Shown here one piece after another: positions 11,861 through 25,775 of a stretch of DNA of 64,000 nt; the stretch's first letter is position 1; the number at the start of each line of letters is the position of its first letter. A program made the position numbers and the translations under genes. A model generated the notes under the pieces. The model worked only from the letters and a program-made list of their open reading frames with translations. It had not been told where the DNA came from and did no database searches. The stretch lies in NCBI GenBank assembly GCA_028534125.1, contig CM052816.1:5334001-5398000 (forward strand), in the 5' to 3' direction. This stretch comes from Lama glama (taxonomy: Eukaryota).

Positions 11861-12909
11861 TCTGGTATTTCATAGCTCCTCAGCAATGAGATTCTGTCAT
11901 ATGAAACACATACACTCAGCAACTAACAAAACCCTGAAAAAGTGTAAAATTCTGATGAGTGGGGAGAAAACAGTCTGGTGTTGGCTGAGTGTCTGTGATC
12001 ATCCTGATAATAACAGCCTCTTGAGGATATAATTAGTGCCCTCGAAATTGGAATATGACTGTTTAATAATTTAAGTGAGATCATTGGGATTAATGAATAG
12101 CGGTTGAAATTAAACGTGGGACCATAAATCCCCACAGGCCTGTTACAGTGAGGCAATCATTTATGACAAGGCATCCTAGAAAACAGGGGTCTGGCTGAGG
12201 CTGAAGGCATCTTAACATCTCCTGTAAGGGCCATGTGTTTTCACATTTAAGGTAATCCAGGGTATGCATTCAAAGAAATCGCCCTCTAACCATATCACAA
12301 AGCATATATTTATGATATCAGGTCTGCTGTTCCTTCATCCAGAGTTTTCCAAGTCTGAGCATCATTTCAACTCTATCGATAGTCTGAGATGCCAGTTAAG
12401 AATGCAGATTGCTGGGGTCCACCCCAGCACCACTGAATCAGAACCTCAGTGAGTACGCCCTAGTAAGCTACATTTTTAACAAGTTCCTCTGTAGCTGCTG
12501 ATATAGATAAAAGCTAAGAACCCCTGTTTGCATCCAGATGGAACTGGAGACCACGGGGGACTCCAGGTGTGGGCTGCCTGCCTTTGAGGTCACTTTCTCC
12601 TTGGCCACCAGACTGGAGGGCTCTCCTCAGGGTTCTTTCCCTCCGTGGAAATCAGGATCCTCTTCTATGTCCTACTGGCACTTTTTAGCTCATTAGGCTC
12701 TTTCACTTTCTAATTCCATCTAATCCCTACAAGGAGACCTGAGATAGATGGGGTAGCTCAGCGCTCATCAGCCCATGTTTCAGTGGCCAGTAATAATAGC
12801 CAGCATAGCCGCATCACTAACAAGGGCAGTTTACTGAACCCTGACCCTGCCTGGGCCCTGCCATGGTGCATTATCTCACTGAATCCTCACCCAACCCACG
12901 AAAGGGAGG

Positions 12910-13190
12910 GTGGCAGTTATGGCTTTCAGGTTGGGAGCGACGGAAACCCAACTCCAACTAGTTTACACAAGAAGAGAAAGTTCTGGTTCGCGGGATGGGG
13001 AAAGGAACTGGCTGGAGTTAGGTCGGGCTCAGTTGGCATCTCAGGTCGGCTCCCTGGAGGTATCACCATGGCAACGGGGATGGGACAGCACTGGCCAGAC
13101 AAGCTGGACCCACCCTCACGGCTGGGTGGTATCACTGACCGGCTGTCCCTTCAGGATCACAAGGAATGAGCCGTAGGTGGGGAGCAGTTC
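12910..13190 (-). mobile_element. MaLR (MLT1-like) LTR fragment
   Basis: GGTTGGGAGCGACGGAAACCCAACTCCAACTAGTTTA resembles the reverse complement of an MLT1 3' end. Confidence 0.5.
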
Positions 13191-14501
13191 ACCAAACTGA
13201 CTACATCCCCCACCTTCCAGGTGAGGAAGGAGACAGGGTTGTGCGTCTACAGTAAAGAATATTGACAGTCAACTCTGCTCAGGACAAAGGTCTATTTATA
13301 GGTCGTCTCCATTCACAAGTTGAAGTACCACTTCTTCCGTCATTGGGTGGCAGAAACCTGTTTTCTGGGAAAGGTCAGGGCTGGTCTTTCCTCCCTCCTG
13401 GTTACAACAAATCTGCTGGCTATTGTGGAGGTTCTGGGGAGGTAACAGTCAGTTTGAGTCTTCCATTAACGGAAGCTGGAGTGCAGTTATTATTTAGAAT
13501 TTTCTAGGGCATATATTCTGACAGCACACACACACAAAATAATTAAAAGTTTCTGAGAAGACTGGGCAGAAACAGCCATATGATTCCATCTGTTTTCACC
13601 TTCACTACAGATTATCAGCAATGCCCGATAAATCCCATTCATTAACAGGCACAGGAATGGAGGACGTACAGTTGACAGTGGGTTACTTGTTATTTTGAGA
13701 TTCCTGGTTGCTCATAAATAATGTGGGCATCTCTGAAGAGGTCTGCATTTATGAAGCAAACAAATAAAATTTAAAAAAATTTTCTTAATCATTCTGGGAG
13801 GAGTGAGTATTTCGGTCTTTCAGGAGAAGGACCTGAGTATACACAAGGATCCCAAAGGTTGAAAAAGGCAGTCTGCATCGGTTAATACTTTACAGGACCC
13901 AACATCCCTAAGGGGCACCAGAGGAAAGAATGTTACTATAGTCTTCACATGCCTGTTTCTTTGTTCTACATAATGATGCAAAAATTACATTTTCATGGGA
14001 CTTTGCTATTTGAGATAGTAAAGCAAGAGAATAAAAAGAGAGAAAAGAGAAATTAAACCTTCAGTGCCCACGGACACCATACTGATTGACAGTGCTGCGA
14101 TTTTCTCCTTTTAATTTTTGGAATAAGCCATGTATAAATGTGTGGGTCTGGCCTTCCTGATCTTCAGAGCTGTCAAGCATTGCCTGTTTTTGGCTATGAA
14201 AATTGGTAACATTTTAAGCCTCCGGTGTTTACAGATCTGAAGGTGCCTCTGGATTCAAATCAAACCAAGATTGGCTCTGGAGCTGTGGCTGCCTGATAAA
14301 GACGTGACTGAACCTTTCAAAGGGGCTGGGAGTTTTGCAAGGAAATTGGGAAGAGTCCCTGAAGTGTCTTTTGGCAATGAGTCCATTTCACAGCCGCCTG
14401 TGCGTCTGGCATTGGGCAGCAGGTTAGAGCTAATGCCTGGGCTGATGTGCTTTATCAACCTGCTAGAACCAATGTTATTTAGAGGAGTTGGCTAATATTT
14501 A

Positions 14502-15147
14502 TGTAACCAAGCAGGAGGACCCTTCCTGGGACAGACCCCCTACCCCCATGTCCTCCCCTGGCCTCCTGTTTGTAGAAAAGCTTTAGTCTCTCAGGCCTCC
14601 CCTGAGTCTCAAAAGGCTGTCTCAGGAGTTAATGATTAGGAATTGTGAAGATGTAGAAACTAAGAATACTTGTTGGGTCTGGAAATGGGTAACAATTTAG
14701 ACTATAAATCAATCAGATAGCAGAGTCACCCAACTCCCAGTACCCTGAAAGATACAGATAAAAGTCTGACAAACATTCCTAAGTTGTTTCGATAGGAAGC
14801 AGACCCCCACCAGAAAAGTGTTGACCGTAAGCACACAGACCCCAGGCCAGTGGGAAATCAGAAGATACACGATGCTTGAAACTTCATCTTGATGCCAACC
14901 AGTCCGAGAATTGTGCACGCGCTGACCACGCACCCTGCAGCCCCCTCCCTCACACTGCCTTGAAAACCTTTATCTCCCAACCAGCAATCTGAAGGAGGTA
15001 TAAGGACATTAGTTCACCATCTTCCAAGTTGCTGGCCTCCTGAATAAAGTAAATTTCCCCTTTCCACGAACACTTGTCTCTTGAGTACTGGCCTTTCGAG
15101 TGGCGAGCAGCTGACCTTAGGTTTGGTACCAGCTTCATCCAGTTACA
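14502..15147 (+). mobile_element. ERV1-like solo LTR (646 bp)
   Basis: Terminal inverted repeat TGTAAC...GTTACA, perfect 4-bp TSD TTTA (14498-14501 and 15148-15151), AATAAA at 15043-15048. Confidence 0.85.
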
Positions 15148-17569
15148 TTTATAGTGAATGAAAACAGTAGAACATACTTCTTAGACAAATGCATGTGTAT
15201 CAAACATCATGACTCAACATTTCATATCTTTACCGTAAAGTTTTGTTGCGGTTTTTACCTAAAAGTTGTTTTATTTAGGAGGTGGGATATGGAGAGCAAG
15301 TGAAGTCCTTGTACTTTGGTTTGAACCTTCTATTACATATGGATTTTCCCATCAGGCAAATGCTGACTACTAAGAGGTTTCCAGTAAAATTAGGTAGAAT
15401 ATGTTTCAATTGCTTACAACAGCGTCTGGCACATGGTAAGCGCTACCCAGCGTTCTGCAGCATTACTATTATTGCTGTTATTGCCCACTCCCCTCTGTGA
15501 GGCAGACGAAACCAGCCCTCGCAGCTCCCCACGTATCAAGCTAAATGGGAAGGATGGGAAGGGACTTGGTTGGTCTGCACTCCATCAAGTTAGGTACTGA
15601 AGAACCTCTCACTTTTATATCAGCCTCAAATCTCATCTCCCTCTGGACTCTGAGTAAATAACAATTCACGTCTGCCCTCGGCTGGCAGATAGGCCCAGGA
15701 GCTTTGTGAAGACAGACTCTGACATGGGGGGGGGGCAGCGCTTTGCTCTCTCCCTGGGGACCCTATTCCAAGGACCTCCAACCGCCAGTTTCACTGGGTT
15801 TTGCTTCCCCCATTGTGTTTTTAAGGGAACACTAAAACCCTGGAAAAGGTTAGACTTCAATCCTCACAAGAAAATCAAGAGAATATCAGCAATTTAGCAC
15901 AGTTTTACTGGGCCAAGTTTTTAAAATATAGAAGGCTCACCTACCCCAATAGAAGCATCACCTTTCTGAAAATATAATGCAGCTATTTTCCACTACAGAA
16001 ACGACTCTTTCCCAAACATCAGAGCTTTTGATGCTTCAGACACAATCTGAGCGATTTATTTGATTTTTTTTTTACCATCCCAGTAAATCATTTATACAGT
16101 GCTTGATTCACAAAATCCTGGTTCTTTTTTTAAAAGAGGCACAAAACATCCCATAAACACATCGACTCCTGTATCCTGTGTTCCTGCCAGCTATCCACCA
16201 AAAGGTTTATAGATTTCCCTCATTATAAACTAATTGATATTCTGTAATAGCTTTAATCTTCTTAGCAGTTCTCTCCTCTGGAGTCTGAGAGAGAAGCATT
16301 CAGGATGTTATATTAAAGGAGAAGAGAATCAAGAAGCCTGTGGGTTTTCTTAGTGGTACGACGCCCTAGAGACTGACACTTAAGTGTGGGATTCTTAAGA
16401 TTACGGAACCCATCGTAGGGAAGATCAATCCCTCTCATCATACAGGATTATGAATCAGGAGGAGACTCCTTTAAGGGCAGGTAAGCAGTTTAGGACACCT
16501 CCCACCAATCTCTCTGAGCCTCAGTTTTATCATCTGTAAGATGGAACTGCTTCCCCTGACTTCATATTTCCAAAAAGGGAACAATATTTCCTTTCTGGGG
16601 TGGCCGGGAAAGGTGATGCCGGGCAGGCCTTTGCCCGCCCAGCCTGCTTAGCCCTTTCCTCCTAGCAGCGCTCACTGGCACAGGCCCTGCCCTGCCAGGG
16701 AGGCTCACAGTTTCTCAGCTGCTAAGCCTGTCCCTGTGTCAATTAGCTCAGGAAGAAAGTGGTAGGAACAGATCCACAGTGTGTTCTCTGCATCAGACTC
16801 TCCAAAAACACACCTAATATTCTGGAGTCATTTGAATCCTGTCTCTATGTCACAACTGACTCAGGAGAGGTGTGACAGTCATTTTATAATGATAAGGGGA
16901 AATGACTGTAGAAAAGTGAGCGAAAGAAACCTGAAGACAAAGTTAAATAGGACTGGAGGTCCACTGCACAAAGTGTAACGTAAAGGGACGAAATGCAGAT
17001 TCACACTGTGGAATATTACCTAGCCATTAAAAAACAGATGAGTCAGCTCTATCCCTACTGACCTGAGGGATGTCTGTGGTACATTAACAGGGGAAAAAAG
17101 AAGAGCAATATGTACAGTGTGATCCTATTAAAGGGGGAGAAAAAAACATGTAAAGACTAGAGGGGAAAGCTCTAGAATCAGAATGTTTTTAAATCAAAGC
17201 TCTGCCTCTTTGAACTAAGCAGACATTGGCCATTTCTTTGAACTCTCTGTATCTCAGTTTTCTCATCTGCAAAATGGGGATTAAAATATTACCTTTTTTA
17301 AGTAGAAAAGGAGGTTTGAGATCATTAAGTCCAGTGGTTTTCACACTGGGAAGGACAGAAGTGCTGTGGTGATGAATGAGAGGATACACCGAGCACAGAT
17401 TCTCAGTAAGAGTTAGCTCTCACTATTACAGGTTAGTATTATGGTGCAGAAAGGTCTAGAAGGATACATGCCAGAATGCTGACATTAGGTACCTCAGGTG
17501 GAATGCAACTAGAGGGGGACTGGGAGGATATGAAAAAGAAAATGGAAACGAAAAGACACTGGGACTCAA

Positions 17570-18535
17570 AGGAGATATACAGATAGCAGATCAGATGCTC
17601 AACAGCAAATATCTTAGGGAATTGCAAATTCAAAGAAGAAAGAGAAACCACACCTGTTAGAATGGCAAAATTCCAAAACACTGATAACACCAAATGCTGA
17701 CAAGGATGCAGAGCAACAGGAACTCTCATTCACTGCCGGTGGGAATGCACAATGGTAGTCACTTTGGAAGACAGTGTGGCAGTTTCTTACACAACTAAAC
17801 ATATTCTTACCATATGATCCAGCAGTTGTGTTCCTTGGTATTTACCTAAGTGAGCTGAAAACTTATGTCTACACAAAAACCCATACACTGATGTTTACAG
17901 CAGCTTTATTCATAACTGCCAAAACTTGGAAGCAACCAAGATACCCTTCAGTAGGTGAAGGGATAAATAAACTATGGTACATTCAGATGAGGGTCTATTA
18001 TTCAGCACTAAGAAGAAATGAGCTACAGGCCATAAAAAGACATGAGGGAATCTTAAATACATATTACTAAGCGAAAGGATCCAATATGAAAAGACTGCAC
18101 GCTGTATGATTCCAATTTTATCAGACATTCTGAAAAAGGCAAAACTATGGAGACAGTAAAAAGGTTAGTGGTTGCCAGGGGTTAGGAGGGAGGTGGGGAT
18201 GAACAGGCAGAGCACAGAGAATTTTTAGGGCAGTGAACTACTCTGTATGACACTATAATGGTAGATACACATCATTATACACTTGTCCAAATCCATGAAG
18301 TATTTAACACCAAGAGTGTACCTTAATACAAACTGTGGATTTGGGGTGATAACGACATAATGCAGGTTCGTCCATTGTAACAAACGTACGCCTCTGGTAC
18401 AGATGCAGGATGCTGATGGGGGGGGAATGTACGAAGGAGGTGGAAGGGTACATGGGAACTCTCTGTGCTCTCACCTTAATTTCACTGTGTATCTAAAACT
18501 GCCCTAAAAATAAGGCCTATTTAAATTAAAAAACC
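17570..18535 (+). mobile_element. Old L1 (L1MB/MC-like): ORF2 3' end plus 3' UTR
   Basis: ORF 17774..18070 (LPYDPAVVFLGIY...MFTAALFITAKTWKQPRYPS) is the L1 ORF2 C-terminus; typical L1M 3' UTR follows. Confidence 0.85.
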
Positions 18536-19139
18536 AATACTGGGAAAGGGGGGAAGCCTAAATGCTAACAGTAATTGCCTCTAGGGAAGAGACTCTTTCT
18601 GCACTTTCGACATTTCCTCCCTGATTCCTAGCCTGCTGTCCTCCCTGTCTGGAACATTCTTCCCCTCCCTTACCCTAAGGAGCAGTATCAACTTATCCCT
18701 TAGGATCAAGTTTAGCCAGAAGTTTCTCTGGGGAGTCTTCCCTCATCTTCTCTGTGCTCGACAGTGCCTGGACCTCCACCAAGTGGTACATGCTTAGTTT
18801 TACAATTGCCCGTTAGCTTGTCTGTCTGCCCTGCTGGGTGTGGGCGTTAGAAAAGAAGCCTATTTTATTCCCGATGTAGCCCCAGCATCTACTGCAGAGA
18901 CATGCACAGAGTCATTTCATGAATTTTGCTGAATATATGAATATGAATTAAGTCAGGACAAATGTAGAGAAAAAAAAAAAGCAACACAAAATTCAAGGTG
19001 AAAAGAACCCAAACTATGAAAGTGGGGAATGGCCACCCCAACAGTTGTGGTGGTCCTAGAAGCAAACTAAGGCTGTGAGAGAGATGACAAGAAATGAGGA
19101 ACAGATGCTCATGGGTCTGTGTCAGGAGTGGTGTGCTGA

Positions 19140-20097
19140 AGCTCATACAACTTAGTAACAAAAAAACCCAAACAACCTAATCAAAAAATGGGCAGAAGAC
19201 CTACATAAGCAATTCACCATTGAAGACATACAGATGTCCAAGAGGCACATGAAAAGATGCTCAATATCTCAAATTATCAGAGAAATGCAAATCAAAACTA
19301 CAGTGAGGTATCATCTTATACTGGTTAGAATGGCCATCATTAAAAAGTCTACAAAGTCTGTTAGCGAGGGTGTGGAGAAAAGGGAACCCTCCTACACTGT
19401 TGATGGTAATGTAATTTAGTGCAGCTATTATGGAAAACAGGATTAAAAAACTAAAAATAGACTTACCACATGATCCAGCAATCCCACTGCTGGGCATATA
19501 TCCAGAGAGAGCCTTAATTCAAAAAGATACATGCATCCCAATGTTCATAGCAACACTATTTATAATAGCCAAGGCATGGAAACAACCTAAATGTCCATCG
19601 ACAGATGACTGGATAAAGAAATTGTGGTGTATTTAGACAGTGGAGTATTACTCAGCCATAAAAAAGAATGAAATAATGCCATTTGCAGCAACATGGATGG
19701 ACCTAGAGATTATCATACTAAGTGAAGTAAATCAGACAAAGACAAATACCATGTGATATCACTTATATGTGGTATCTTTTAAAAAATAGCACAAATGAAC
19801 TTATTTACAAAATAGAAACAGACTCAGACATAGAAAACAAACTTATAGTTACCAGGGGGTAATGGTAGGGAAGGGATAAATTAGGAGTTCTGGATTTGCA
19901 GATAGTAACTACTATACATAAAATAGATAAACAACAAGGTCCTACTGTTTAGCACAGGGAACTATACTCAATATCTTGTAATAACCTATAATGATAAATA
20001 ATATGAAAAAGAATATAGATATATATAACAGATTCAGTTGCTGTACACCAGAAACTAACACAACTTTGTAAATCAACTATACTTCAATTAAAAAAAA
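19140..20097 (+). mobile_element. 5'-truncated L1: ORF2 C-terminal region, 3' UTR and poly-A
   Basis: ORFs 19234..19419 (HMKRCS..IIREMQIKTTVRYHL) and 19430..19636 (DPAIPLLGIYP..WKQPKCPSTDDWIKK) are interrupted ORF2 pieces. Confidence 0.92.
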
Positions 20098-23000
20098 TCT
20101 TTCTTTAAAGACTCTGGAATGAAAAAACGAATAGTGTGTTGAAATGCAAATTGGGTCAGGGCAAATGGATCTCCTTGACGTGTCCCCAGGGCTGGCATGG
20201 TGTGGCAGTCCAGGTCAGAGTTAATAAGCGCGTTGTGGAAAGAAGACCTCAGACTGTGGTCCCCATGGTGAGAATCTCTATCATGTGCACCAATGGGCCC
20301 TGCAAAGTCCATATTCTCTCTGGCACCAGTCACTGCCAACAACCCATTGATAATTCTGCAAACGCTTGCTTTAGAGCCTCCTTTCAGGGAACCCCTCCTT
20401 GTGCACATTTTTGTTTGTTTGTTTGCTGATGGGGAGCCGAGTGGGGGAAATGATGTCAGGGAGATCATATCACAGCCTTTCATTTCTGTACCTTACTCCA
20501 GGCAGCCTATAGCTCATCCAAAGACAATAATCCTTACCATTAATACATACCCCTTTTTTGGGGGGGAAACCAACACTGCGGAGGGGAAGGAGAAGAACAG
20601 AAGGAAACAAATGAACAAAGGCTCCTCTTGCTTTTCCCTAATAAAGATCTCCATCTGGGCAGTGCAACCTGGAGGCAGGTCTGCCACCCTACACCCTCGC
20701 CTCTCTTTCTCACGAGTGCAAAAAACACCTCCATGCCCTCCTAATCTTCCAGACAAGCCCCCACATTCGAAGAGCTGTGGAGACCCCTGGAAAGCCTCGC
20801 AGTGCTCTATCTGCAGGCAGGGCCGGGATTATTCCGGTGTCAGCATCGGCCTTCATTCTAGTCCCCAGTGCCGCCTGCACAGAGCTCTGGATCTTATTTT
20901 AAGAATTCATCTGCTCCAATTTTGTCTCCTACCCGAGGTCTCGACCCTTAGCTGAATTACAATTAGTTACCCTGAGGATCCTGGAAGAGGCTCATTTCAG
21001 AAGAAAATGCCTTCTGCCAGGCAGTGCCAATCTAGCCTGTAGTTAGCATCTGTGAATTTCAACACTGAGACCTGTGCCTCTCGCTCACATGGCCCAGAGA
21101 AATCCGTCTTTCATGCTGGCTCGTATCTGCCATACTTTAGACAGGCCTCTCCATAATTCTGAAATTGTTTCTCCCAAATCTCATTTTTAAAACAATCACT
21201 GCTGAGTAAGTTTTCTTCCAAAGCTGCCTTGAGAATTTCTTCTTGAAACAAGAATAATGATTGCTTTTCTGAAGAACACAGATTGCAAAATCTGACAGCT
21301 AATGTGCAGGACTAAAGGATGTGAGGTGAGATTTTTCCTCTGGGTTCCATGCCCGATTCGTGGAGAAAAGGGGGCAACAACCAGGGGCCTCAGTTCTCAT
21401 TCTCATCTGTGAAATGGGAGAGTTATCTGTGCTCTTTTCTCTTTTACGAGGGTTTGGGAATGGCACCACACTGGATTAATAGTTTTGCTCTCTGGAAAAA
21501 TAGATGCACTTGGAGTCATTCTTATGAAATGTACCTTTTCTTTCTCAAGAACGCTAGAGTCCATTTTTATGGGCAAGGATCATGTTATTTTCACCACCGA
21601 GTCAGTACTGAGGAAATTGGGATATTAGAGATGAAAACTGTTACAGTCCAGGATTGGCTGTGTTTGATAAGGAGCTCTTTTTAGTAAGAAGTTTGCTCTT
21701 TAATATAATGGAAACTGATATGCTGAGAAGCATCCTGGGGAGCAGAAGAGAGCAATGTGCTTCTGCAGATGTTTCATATAAGCAGCTGAGGTAGGGGACA
21801 AAGCTGAACTGGGAGCCCAGAGATGGGATTCTTGTCCCTCCTTTGTAACCAGCTGGCCATGTGCTCTTAGTGAAGCCTGTCCACTGATCCAGGACTTAGG
21901 TTTCCCATCTGTAAAATGGGCAGGTTGAGTTACAGCCGTGATTTTCACACATTTTTAAGCAGTGGAGCTCCTCTTAGTGAACAATTTTTCAGAAATCAAA
22001 TATAGGCCATGCTAGGAGAGGTACCTGAACCCCACATGGGCCTGCGAGGTTCTCCACAGGCCTCACAGTGCTCCCTGAGGCATCCCTGGTCCTCTACTCT
22101 ACTGCTCAGAGGCACATGCTGAAAGCCTCTAGCTTAGGTAACCTTGTAACTCTTTCCTGACTGAACAAGGAGAAATGCTGCTTCTAATCGGGCTGATGCT
22201 TGGTCCCTCTGGAGGACTAACGCCCAGTGATGCTCAGAGATGAATCCTGCCAAGGGTTACGGGTCTGCCTCCAGGACAGCTGATGCTTCAGAAAACAGGG
22301 GACAGGGACCTGAGCCCAAAGCACAAAGATGCGGGCCAGCACCAGTCACCAAAGGCACTGCTGTGTCTTCCACGGCAGAATCTCTCACGCTGACTGAAGA
22401 TGACCCTGTTGCCAGCGACGGTTTTCTGTGTGTGCGTATAGCTGCAGCTGCCATATACTTCCCTTCTTCCCTCCCTCCCTCCTTAATCATTCATCCACCA
22501 ATTCACAAACATTTCTTAACCACCGCTTCTGGACCACAAGTGGTCTAGTGAGGAAGGCTGATAACGGAGGGATCAGCGAACAGCCCTGCGACCCTGCGTG
22601 GAGAAGAGAGCACAGCGGCAGCGGTGGGGGACCAAGGGGAAGATGGAGTAAGAGGAGCCAGCAGCCATGGGAAGCGCTGGGAAGAGGGTGTCCAGGCAGA
22701 GGGACCAGCACAGGAAGATCCCGAGGCAGGATGGAGCCTGGCGTGCTCCAAGACAGAGGCCCTGCTGTGGCTGGAACACGAAGAGGGGGAGCAAGAGACC
22801 GCCTGCAATCCTCAGTGCCGTGGCCTTCCAGAACCTGAGGGGAGGCTGGGGTGTCCGCCCTGAGGAACTGCGGCTGTGTGCACGCTGCAGCACAGCAAAC
22901 GGACATCAATTAATCACTTGAGCTGTGTGCTCATTTACTGTCATTTTCTCTTCCCAGCTGAGAGCCCATGGCCTGAGGGTGGCGGGCCTAAACTGGGGGA

Positions 23001-23479
23001 AGGATGGGGCTGGGAGAGGAGATGGGGTAAAGGAAAGCAGAAGAAAGGGAGGACAGGCAGTGGCAGAGCACGGGTCTGGGACTCCGAGTCCACAGGCCTG
23101 GGTGTTCCGCTCACCGGCTGTGTGTCTGGGCGGGTCACTTGACCCCAGCTCCTCATCAGAGACTGTTGTCAAGAATTAATGAGATCATGTACAGGCCTGA
23201 CATGCAGAAATGGTCCCCAAATGATGCATGGACGGGGAGACAATTTAGGCGGAAGGTGGGACAATCGCACATCTGCTTAGTGTTTTACAAATTGCAAAGT
23301 CCTTTCAACCACAAAAAGGGGGAGACCATACCTCCATGTCTGTATACTTATCCCTGACTCCCCCCACAACAATAATGTCATGATGTCAATAAATGATGTC
23401 AACAACGATAACAATAATACCAAGCTAAAATGCTTACTTCTTTGTTTTTTCTCCTTTTTGCTGTGTACTTAACACTGAT

Positions 23480-24210
23480 TCACTTTGTGTGTTTAGGATA
23501 TTAGTATCTAATTCATAAGTTAAATTGGTTTTCTTCTATTATACCCTTCTTCCTGTCTTAGATATGAAGTTCACTTTAATCTCACAGTATAATTGGAGGA
23601 TTCTTTCTTTTTTTATTATCTATAAGTTGTGTAATTATGAGTTCATTTTAATTCCTGATATTATCTATCTGTGCCCTCCATTAAAAATTGATGAATTTTT
23701 CCAAATGTTAACAGATACCTGTAGGTTATCAATGTTTACATGATTGACTTATTATATCATGTATTTGTTTTCTAATTTATTGCTTTCTGCTCTTTAGTAT
23801 TTATTATTTGCTTTCCTCTATCTTTGGAGTATTCCATAGAGATTTTTCTATCATCTGACTTTCTTGCTTAACTCACTGTTCTTCAGTCTCATACTATCTG
23901 GTATAATTTCCTCAATGGTCTGCTTTAGAGCCATCCTATTTGCTATCCTCTGTTCTATTTGCTTATTATTCATTACATGCATTTTCTATTTTCCCATGAA
24001 TTATCTTAAAATTGTGCTTTTTAAAATCTCCAAACTATGTTTTAAAAATAAATTTTCATTATTGATTTTGAACCTAATATTGTCATTGTCAGAAAACAGG
24101 GTCTATTGTATACCGATTTGAAATGTATTAAACTTTTTTCAATGGCTTAATGTATCAACATGTTTCATTAATATATTTGAAAATAATGTGTGTTTTCAAG
24201 GGCTTTATAA
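23480..24210 (-). mobile_element. Highly decayed L1 fragment
   Basis: T-rich stretch with L1 ORF2-antisense-like segments (e.g. TAATTTATTGCTTTCTGCTCT); boundaries approximate. Confidence 0.5.
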
Positions 24211-24234
24211 GACCATTATTTATTTTGTTGCTTA

Positions 24235-24435
24235 AATGTTTATTTCCAATGTTCACTATGTGCCAGGCACTGTCTTCAGCACTTTACATGTATTAACTCA
24301 TTTAACAGTCATAGCCACCTAAGAGGTAGATCATAAAGTGATCCCATTTTACAGATGAGGGAGCTGAGGCACAGAGAGGTTAACTGACTGGGTCAAGGTC
24401 ACAAAGCTAGTAAGTGACAGGGCCAGGATTAAAGA
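24235..24435 (-). mobile_element. MIR SINE
   Basis: CACTATGTGCCAGGCACT...CCCATTTTACAGATGAGGGAGCTGAGGCACAGAGAGGTTAA...GGTCACAAAGCTAGTAAGTG. Confidence 0.85.
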
Positions 24436-24911
24436 TGTTACTGTCGCCAGGCTCTCTGCTAAAGAACAGAGCTATAGAGACAAGGAGACACACTCCTACC
24501 ATCACTCACCTCACAGACCTTGCTTCAGGGACAAATAAATCTCATATAAGTCACTAGATGCTACTGTAACTGCGGTGGAAGTGCTAAGGACAGAGGAAAC
24601 AAGCTCTGATCATTCAGTTGTCAAACATGTAGTAAGCACCTACTATATGCCTAAGAAGCTGGGGATGTGGAGTCAACAAGACAGATGGGGTGGTCCCAGC
24701 TCCTGGAACGTGGAGTCTAGTAGGAGAAACACAACAAGCCAATGTTAACACACACAGTGCTGACATGTTACATTTATTTGTATTTTAATTCTGCCTGTAA
24801 TAAGAGCTAAGAAGGAAAAGTAAAGGGTCCTGTGAGAATGAGTATATGACAAAAGTTACGGAAGACTTTTAGAGGTGCTAAGAAGTTCAAGATACGTGTG
24901 CATGTATGAGT

Positions 24912-24931
24912 ACACACACACACACACACAC
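24912..24931. repeat. (AC)n microsatellite
   Basis: Direct inspection. Confidence 0.9.
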
Positions 24932-25384
24932 CACATAATTGGGGGTGCAGTGCTAAACCGGGGCACCAGGCGGCTCACTTTGATTGTTCCGGGGTGTACT
25001 TAGACTCCCTCTCTTCACTACTCATTAGTGCCTCTGGAGGAAGGTGAGAAGAGGAAAGGGCTTCTCTTGATTCTCCTGCAAGTGGTGAAAGTTCTGATGC
25101 AAAGAATAAGCTTGAGACCATTGGCTGGAGGGCAAATTCTTGGATTTCATTTCTGGCTCCAACTCTGTGTCTCTTAAACCCATGGGTCAGACTCACAGCT
25201 AACAGACACTGCAGTGTGATCTAGTGGTTAAGATCACATGTGTGGGACCAGAGAGACATGGCTTGGTGACCACATCACCACCTAAGAGCTGTGTGACCAA
25301 GGGCAAGTCACTTAACCTTTCTGTTAGCCTCAGTTTTCACATCTGTAAAATGGTGTGGCAAATACAATAGGTGGGACCCAATAT

Positions 25385-25775
25385 CTTCTTTAATCTACTT
25401 CTCTCTTTCCTGTCTCCACCAAAGAGGCCCAAAATCAGAACACTCACATTCCCTACCACCCTTGTAGATACAGGTGCCCATATGTCAGAGTTCTGGCCAA
25501 AAGTCTCTGGAGAGACTTTCCTGAAAAAGAAAGCAAAGTCTTCAAAGGAAGAGGCTTTGTTCTCTTTGCCCCTCTTCCTTCTTCCTGCCTGGAAGGTAGA
25601 CTTTCCAGAGGTACAGCAGCCATTTTATGACCATGAGGATGAGGAAGCAGGAAGAGAGAAGCCTGGTTCTCCCATGACAGACTCAAGCAGCTGTACCAAT
25701 CCCGGATCTCATTATGAAATGAATGAATAAATGAATAAATAAACCAATGAATAAACCCCTTACTTGTTTGCATTA
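25385..25775 (+). mobile_element. MaLR (MLT1-like) LTR inserted in a MIR
   Basis: CTTCCTTCTTCCTGCCTGGAA...GCAGCCATTTTATGACCATGAGG...AATAAACCCCTTACTTGTTT; MIR pieces at about 25210-25375 and 25800-25925. Confidence 0.65.

Noticed and set aside
20293..20955. Longest gap-free ORF (220 aa, plus strand)
   Set aside because: No recognisable domain or splice structure; antisense within an intron; probably chance. A BLASTP or PhyloCSF hit would reopen it.
22240..23180. Cluster of overlapping GC-rich ORFs on both strands
   Set aside because: Overlaps decayed L2/MIR sequence; few stops because of GC content; no homology recognised.
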